DNA from: Macrostomum lignano
Taxonomy: Eukaryota
Direction of reading: 5' to 3'
Assembly (NCBI GenBank): GCA_002269645.1
Contig: NIVC01005022.1
Location: forward strand, 1-28,421
Length of the DNA: 28,421 bases
Shown here one piece after another: positions 21,934 to 28,421 of this stretch (the first letter of the stretch is position 1; every line of letters begins with the position of its first letter). Position numbers and translations under genes: made by a program. The notes below the pieces were generated by a model that searched no databases, was not told where the DNA came from, and saw only the letters and a program-made list of their open reading frames with translations.

Positions 21934-22956
21934 TTAATTAATTTCTGTGTCAGCTGGTATCACTAGGAGTTCAGCTCTAGTGAATGACCGCGTGGGGGAT
22001 TTAGGGTTAAAGGCTGAGATAAAAAGTAATAGTCACCGGAGTCGGAGGTAAAATGTCTGTCTATTTTATGTACATCAAGGCTGAAGTATGGATCTGTAGC
22101 TCTTCTTTTGGTGTCTTTCTCTAGCTCTCCAGGTAGATATAAAAAGCGTAGAAACTCAGAGTTTGTCAGTATGTATGGTGATTCAACTCCTGGAAGCTTA
22201 GGGTAGTTCGAGGTGTGTTTTGTGTTGTGTGTGTTGTGTGGGTTGTCGTGTTGTTGTCTGTTTTATGAGATGCCTTAAGTTCGACAGTGTCTTGTTTAAT
22301 TGCATGGGATGGTTTCAATCCAGTCATGCGTGTGACTTCATTGTTCAGTTGCTCTATAACAGTGGGGAGCTCTGTCCACTTGATAGTACTGCCACTTTTT
22401 AGTTTCAGCTCTTCAGCTGTCTGCTTAGTGAATAGCCTCTTGGCTAGAGTTAGATTGAATCTTTCCACAAAAGCCTGGTCTCTGTGCAAGTTTGTTCTGC
22501 CATAGCGAATCTCTGTGTGCTTTTCCATAAGGGATTTCACTGCACCCATGAATTCCTTACCCGGGTCGGTCATAAAATTTCAGGGTATGGGGGAGAGTTT
22601 TTATAAATATCTTGCAGTGCGCTGGCAACAACCTCTGACTTCTTCGTCTTGAGTGGGCGAGCTTCCTTATATCTGGAAGCAACGTCTGTAATTGTGAGAG
22701 CATACTTGTAGCCCGAGTCATTGGGGAGAAACAAAAGATCTGCTTGGTGCGCTTCATTAGGTTTATAGATGCTAAAGTGAGGTCTTGTAAATTTTACTGG
22801 TGGGAAATAGACTTGAAAGACAGCCTGCTTAGAGAGCCATTTTTCTACTGTAGCTTTTGGTTCCTTACTCAGCTCCATGAGTTTACTAACGGCATTTTTT
22901 CCTACAAAGAATCCTTTGTCGCTGTAGTAGAGTTTTTTAAGTTTTTGATCTGTCAT
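21934..22956 (-). CDS. int: Retroviral-like DDE integrase (~341 aa after three +1 repairs)
   Basis: HQADLLFL (D), TDPGKEF (D), FVERFN (E). The C-terminus RFLYLPGELEKDTKRRATDPYFS..PTRSFTRAELLVIPADTEIN* is missed by the ORF track; 1023+3 nt = 342 codons. Confidence 0.93.
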
Positions 22957-22986
22957 TTATTTAAAAAGAAAATTTTAAATAAAATA

Positions 22987-23445
22987 ATGCAGCGCTCTGG
23001 TGGTAAGTTAGATTCACATGGACTGATAGAAAAGCTTCCTCATCCGAACAAAGGCTGGACACTTCCCGGCTATAAATATTGCGGGCCTTTGAATCCACTT
23101 GAAATACAGCTAGATAAAAACAATAATCCACATCCTGGGCATGAGCCTGTGAACGAGCTAGACTCTGTCTGCATGTGGCATGACGTTAAATATAGAGATT
23201 TTCCTGAGGAGAAGAATCGTTGGGACAAAGAAATGCTTAAGAGACTAGACAATATAGGGGCTTCAAGCGGATTTCGCGAGTCTATTGCTAGGAAATTAGT
23301 CAAGGCGGTTATTTTTGGTAAGTCTAAGTTGGGGTTGGGGGTGTACGCCGAGGGCGGTGTTTGGGGAGAGAAGGTGGGTGCACGGGGAGAGAGGGCGGAC
23401 GCTCGGGAGCGGGGTTTATTTTGTGTGCTCCAAACGAGGTACTAG
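22987..23445 (+). CDS. Parvovirus VP1u-type phospholipase A2 (adintovirus PLA2X-like)
   Basis: LPGYKYCGPLN (Ca-loop-like), PVNELDSVCMWHDVKY (HD dyad). True start is most likely ATG 22987 (MQRSGG), not 22744. Confidence 0.88.
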   Translation: MQRSGGKLDSHGLIEKLPHPNKGWTLPGYKYCGPLNPLEIQLDKNNNPHPGHEPVNELDSVCMWHDVKYRDFPEEKNRWDKEMLKRLDNIGASSGFRESIARKLVKAVIFGKSKLGLGVYAEGGVWGEKVGARGERADARERGLFCVLQTRY

Positions 23446-23844
23446 GAAGACTGCTGAAAGAGCTGGGGGTTGAGAGAGACGCTTGAGTCGGGAAAGATTA
23501 TTCGCAGCCAAGCGCAACAGCTGCATTTTGAAAGGGGGGGGGGTAACTGCTATTTTCTGAGGGAGCGCAAAGTTCCACGCGTGCATTCCTTTCCGCTTTG
23601 ACAACCGGAGGGAAGGAAGCGGGTGGAGGGAATCGATCGCTCGGAAGCTAGTTAAAGCAAGCAAGAAAATTCAGCTTATTTCGCCCGCAAACGTTCTTCG
23701 TCACGCAATACTGCACCGTTGTGGCTGCTGATTTCATTATGTTGTAAGTTTATTCGTTTTTTTTACTTACTGAAATTCTATCCTGTGTTAAGAATTGAAA
23801 ATTCTCTTATTTTAATTAAATCTTTGTTTTTAGTTCACAAAAAA

Positions 23845-24132
23845 ATTACGTTCTACTCGACCGACCTAGAAAATCTCCACGACGGTCGCCTTGTTGAAGG
23901 ATTAGATGCCGACGAGCAGGCATCAGAGCGAATTCAAGAAGTTCTCCACAATTTCTTCAATGAAAAAGTTGAGAACCAGCGAATTCGTTCAAGAGCGGCC
24001 ATGGAGACCCAGGATCGCAACTATGCCATGAGAACCGAAATGGTGTTTGACGAACTTCGCCGATCATTTGTTGCTGATGAAGATTCACTTCTTAGTTATC
24101 AACAATTTTTTTCTGGGATTTTATTAATGTAA
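23845..24132 (+). CDS. Acidic helical accessory ORF of unknown function; start uncertain (ATT at 23845 after an A run, or spliced)
   Basis: TFYSTDLENLHDGRLVEGLDADEQASERIQEVLHNFFNEKVENQRIRSRAAMETQDRNYAMRTEMVFDELRRSF has protein-like composition; the upstream part of the 23719 ORF looks like AT-rich intron or UTR sequence. Confidence 0.5.
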   Translation: MTFYSTDLENLHDGRLVEGLDADEQASERIQEVLHNFFNEKVENQRIRSRAAMETQDRNYAMRTEMVFDELRRSFVADEDSLLSYQQFFSGILLM

Positions 24133-24495
24133 GCTACTCATAGTAGTCTTCTAAACACTTTCCTGGATCTCCAGGATTTTTTTAAACTCGTGCCAATTCC
24201 TGACAATACAGGAATTCCTGACAATACAGGAAAGTCTTTTTACTCGATTTTTTCAGGATTTTATCAATGTAAGCTACTCATAGTAGTCTTCTAAACACTT
24301 TCCTGGATCTCCAGGATTTTTTTAAACTCGTGCCAATTCCTGACAATACAGGAATTCCTGACAATACAGGAAAGTCTTTTACTGGATTTTTTTCCAGGAT
24401 TTTATCAATGTAAGCTACTCATAGTAGTCTTCTAAACACTTTCCTGGATCTCCAGGATTTTTTTAAACTCGTGCCAATTCCTGACAATACAGGAA
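24110..24495. repeat. 140-141 bp tandem repeat (~2.7 copies) built around TTCCTG-N6-CAGGA(A/T) palindromes
   Basis: ATGTAAGCTACTC recurs at 24127, 24267 and 24408; eight palindromes counted. Confidence 0.92.
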
Positions 24496-24715
24496 AGTGC
24501 TGTTCACAAAATGACCGGGAGGAAAATCAATATTATTCTGAATCCGAAGAATATCGATTTTGGATTGTTTCATTTCCAACCTTGCAACTAGCTTGCACGT
24601 CGCGGAAGAAAATTCTCAGCCGGATAGCCCTGCACACTCAGTGTCTGCTCTTTCCTCCTTATTTCCTCCTGTTTTATGTAAATATACTTGCGAATAAATG
24701 AACTCAGTATGTTTT

Positions 24716-24958
24716 TTAACGCAATTGCTTAATGATTTCTGCAAAGTTATAGTAGCTGTCGTAATCTTTTACGTAGGTTACTCCATACTTATGAAACCAG
24801 TGTCTTTGGAGAGCTAGATTAATATTAGGGACATTGATTTCAATGCCGGGCCAATATTTTCTCATGTACTCGCTGCATTCTAGTTTGCATCGGTACTTGC
24901 TCTTGTAATTAGGCTCGTCCGCTTTGTAATAAGAACCCGGAGAGACAACTGGAAACAT
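24716..24958 (-). CDS. 80-aa TIR-encoded protein (right copy)
   Basis: Paralogue of 10248-10487, with the same AAAAATG start and both copies pointing into the element. Confidence 0.75.
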   Translation of the reverse strand: MFPVVSPGSYYKADEPNYKSKYRCKLECSEYMRKYWPGIEINVPNINLALQRHWFHKYGVTYVKDYDSYYNFAEIIKQLR

Positions 24959-25403
24959 TTTTATTGAGAATTTAATTTTTTTTCAAAGGGTAAGGACCCT
25001 GCGCTGATGATTTAAAGTCTTTGGGATGTGGTAGCACGTTGCGGATTGAATGGGGGGAGAAGAATGCAGATTATTTTCTGATTGTTTCGAACATGCTATG
25101 GGTGGATGTCAGTGTCAGTGAACATAACAGGTATCAGTGGACACCTGCTCTGATTCTGTCAGGGATAATATGGATGGATTTAATGGGATTATGGAGGACG
25201 TTTTGTGAGCGAGTGCGACCCCCCTTTTTTTCTGATTCTGTCAGGGATAATATGGATGGATTTAGGTGGATTATGGAGGACGTTTTGTGAGCGAGTGCGA
25301 CCCCCCTTTTTTTCTGATTCTGTCAGGGATAATATGGATGGATTTAATGGGATTATGGAGGAGGTGAAAAATTTTGTCCCAAAAGCCCCTCATGCCTTCT
25401 ACT
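24720..25403 (-). repeat. Right terminal inverted repeat with three ~81 bp subrepeats
   Basis: Reverse complement of the left TIR; ends GCCTTCTACT at 25403. Confidence 0.93.
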
Positions 25404-28400
25404 ATCCAGACATTGCATTTAGAGCTCCATTCGATCGGCCAACTCCCCAACGCTGCATTGATGCCCAGACAACGGATATTCCTGTTGGAAAGGGGCTGTA
25501 CGCTTCATCAGCCGAACTTTAATAGCTAGATGTACATGTACAAACTTTTGTGCTCATGATATACAAACTGGTGTTCATCTTTATGTCGCTTTTGTTTTGC
25601 TTTAAAAAACTACATTACATGTAGGACCCTGTAGAGATTGATAGTACGACTTAATCTGTTAAAATCTTTAGCATGTTAAAGAAATGATGGTAGTGAAAAC
25701 AGGCAAGGCACACTGTAATGCAGCAAAATATATTTTGGACCTACATGTAGCAGTATACGAGCTCATGCTATTTGGTCGCTGCAGTAGTTTCTTCTCGTTA
25801 GATTTTAGCTAGTAGTAATAGCATATCTAGCTGCATGTCAATTAAAGGCCTAATTGACTCCTAATTTCTACTTTATGAGATATCAGACTTTCAGCATCAG
25901 CACTAATTTGATGGCACGTCCCCTATTACTGCCAGTAGAAATAGAAATTTCTTCTTCCCTTTTTTTTATCGGATCTTTTCAATATATTTACCTTTCCTCT
26001 CTCCTATCTTCGCTTCTTCCTATCCTTTGTCTCCCCTACTAATTATCTTTGCTACTTTTATGTTTTTTCTTATTTTTCATCGGGATTGTATACCAGCATA
26101 CTTTTTTCGGATCATGATCATATAAATCACCAGATTGTCAAGGTATTAGACGGACACCTGGCATGCATGCCTGCGGGTATACAGGTTCCTGATGGTCTGG
26201 GAGAATTTCTCATTTGTCAATCACATAAGAATTTGGCACGTGTGACGATATATTTTGACAGCTGTGAACTTTGCCCCTACACTAAAAGTACATGTATATT
26301 CGTTTTAATCCTACAATCATCTCGCGGATTTGGCAAAATCACCTCTCCTCTTCATCCCCGATCTAATGCATATTTCATGTTAATTTTGGACTTGAAATTC
26401 TAAAACTCATAAATAAATTTATATAAATAAAATTGGATGATTTATGGCCGCACCTATATCGCTTTTTGAGGATTCCCAGGGACCTGTAGGATCTCTCGGC
26501 TTTTCAGGTCGTGGTAGCTAAATGCATGCTTCAGCCGATCAGAAAATTAGACAGGGCGTTTTACCAAATCGGCTCAGCCAATCAAAATCGATGTGTTCTA
26601 ATTGTAACAAATCCCAACCCAAGCTACGAGCATAATTGGTTCCAAACAGTATTCAGTCAACCAACCATTTTGAATCAGAATTCAAGTCAGTCATGTACTT
26701 TATTGCTAACTTAGGCATCAAAGCGGCTTATATATCCACATGTATGTAAGCTAGAACCCACCAGCTACATGTAAGGGTCTCAGAGCTAGGGCTAATATAT
26801 TAGTTTTTAGTCACATTTTATGGCCAGAATCAATCGCGTGCATAGGAATTTGATAATGTAGTACATATATGTGTATATTTCACGAACCTATAGTCTTGCA
26901 GCCTAGCAACAAGAAGAACCCCTCTGCAAAAATATGCTATCCAGTAAGAGTACCGTCCCTTTTTCGGCTGACTTCGCGATTCAACTAAAAGACACCAGTT
27001 GGCACATCAGTTCAGGGCCTCTCCTTGAGTCGTGGTAACCCGATTCGAGAGAGAGCCGAGCGGCAGGTTTGGTGAGCCAGTTTTTGCATGAGTTGGTGGC
27101 CAGCTGATTAGCTTAATCTACGGATTAGCTGTTTTTGCCTTTAAAATTCTCCTGCTTGTCTCTCGCTGTATACTTTCTTAGGTAATAGGAGCTACATGTA
27201 GCTCATGTTCGGCACATCTAAATTATGATATATTCAGATTTGCAGATGTGCAAGCCGCGCCTAAGACACATAAAAAGACAGTGGCCTTGTCCGATAAATC
27301 GTGATCAACTTGCTAACGACTCTTAATTTTATACTTTTTTATTTTTTAACGCAAGTTACTGCTTTACTATTAATTTAATTTTTTTTAATAATTATCAAAG
27401 GAAGTATATTCTATTCTCAGAAGTTGCATTTTTTGTTTTGATTAAACTATAGATAAAATGTTTCAAAGTCAAAAACTTCCAATTGCAGGAATTCGTAAAA
27501 GCTGTGTGAGAGAGAGTATTGAGAATGCGAGCGACATTTTTGCATGACGTCACATTTGACATGTACAGTTTGTAACTTAGAGTGGGAGAACCACGTATAT
27601 AAGTTCGTGTATTTTTCATAGGATCTATTTTACTCTTTTTGAAGGCCGTAGAGGTTGTCCTGTCCCAAGAGTAATTGTGGAATCGAAGCAGTGCATTATC
27701 TTAATCTTATCAATGCCGAAAATTAATAAAATCTGCTAAAGTTCCTTATTTTATTTTGCTTGCAATTTACTATAGGCCCAGATAGGCTCTCTTGTAGGCC
27801 TACTAAAGATCTAGGCCTAATCCGTTTTATATCATATTTATTTTTTGAATTTATTCAGATATATCTCATGTGCCATCCCATCTGCCATGTCCATGGCGGC
27901 AAACTGTTATTGTTTAAGATCAAACTTTTATCGAAATTTATGATGACTAAAACCTATATTAGTTCATATTGAAAACAGTATATCATTTTTGGCAATCTTT
28001 TAGTTTTGTCCATTTGATTATTTTTCAACTGGCAACTATTGCAGCTTTAATTTAATTAACATTTTAACAAATGTTGTAAACCTTTAAGTTAAAAGGCAAA
28101 ACTTATTATATTATATTTAGTATTTAACTTTTTTATATTTGCAATTTGGCAGACATGAATTTTATGCTTCTTAAACTATTATATAATTAACTTGACATTG
28201 GTAAAAGTTGGCATGACTTAGCTTGGCACAAAATCAAATTAAAAAAATATCTATCTAGATATATTATTTATGCTTTTTACCACATCACTAGCTTGATATA
28301 TAACTTAGTATAAAATCAAATTAAATGTTCAAAACTAGAAAATCAATCCATTTTTGTTGCCTTTTCATAATGAAATTAATGTTTTTATATTTAATCATTT

Positions 28401-28421
28401 GCAATATATTTGATACTTAGT

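Larger units (their letters stand above)
9788..25403. mobile_element. Maverick/Polinton (adintovirus-like) endogenous dsDNA virus, 15,616 bp
   Basis: Termini AGTAGAAGGCATGAGGGG and CCCCTCATGCCTTCTACT are inverted. The interior holds pPolB, integrase, ATPase, protease, MCP and mCP. Confidence 0.97.

Noticed and set aside
22744-22986. N-terminal extension of the PLA2 ORF
   Set aside because: Antisense to the integrase 5' end and across an AT-rich spacer; ATG 22987 fits the element's start pattern.
25854-28421. Short ORFs in the right flank
   Set aside because: Low-complexity AT-rich translations without motifs.

Overview
Eukaryotic (animal) genomic DNA with GC-rich spliced host exons in AT-rich intergenic sequence; the style resembles the flatworm Macrostomum, but this is only an inference. 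The main feature is a 15.6-kb Maverick/Polinton (adintovirus-like) endogenous virus at 9788-25403. It has ~700-bp terminal inverted repeats (AGTAG...CTACT) and the full core set: minor and major double-jelly-roll capsid proteins, packaging ATPase, adenain-like protease, protein-primed PolB and retroviral-type integrase. Manual reading recovers genes the ORF track misses or splits: a GG|ILPL-type membrane-lytic peptide precursor, a GxG-rich core-like protein, a hydrophobic-hairpin protein, a coiled-coil fibre candidate and the integrase C-terminus. A parvovirus-type PLA2 and a small gene duplicated inside both TIRs are also present. Nearly all of the ~18 frameshifts in the element, and several in the host genes, can be repaired by adding single bases, mostly in homopolymers, with no in-frame stops in the repaired core frames. 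This points to long-read assembly error and a possibly intact element. The two TIRs are diverged and there is no target-site duplication. Left of the element are a SEC23IP/DDHD-like gene lacking the lipase serine, a decayed mariner, a secreted PAN-like plus ALK/LTK-type glycine-rich protein gene and a 28-bp minisatellite. The right flank is AT-rich and has no convincing gene. All family assignments come from motif recognition by eye; no database search was run.
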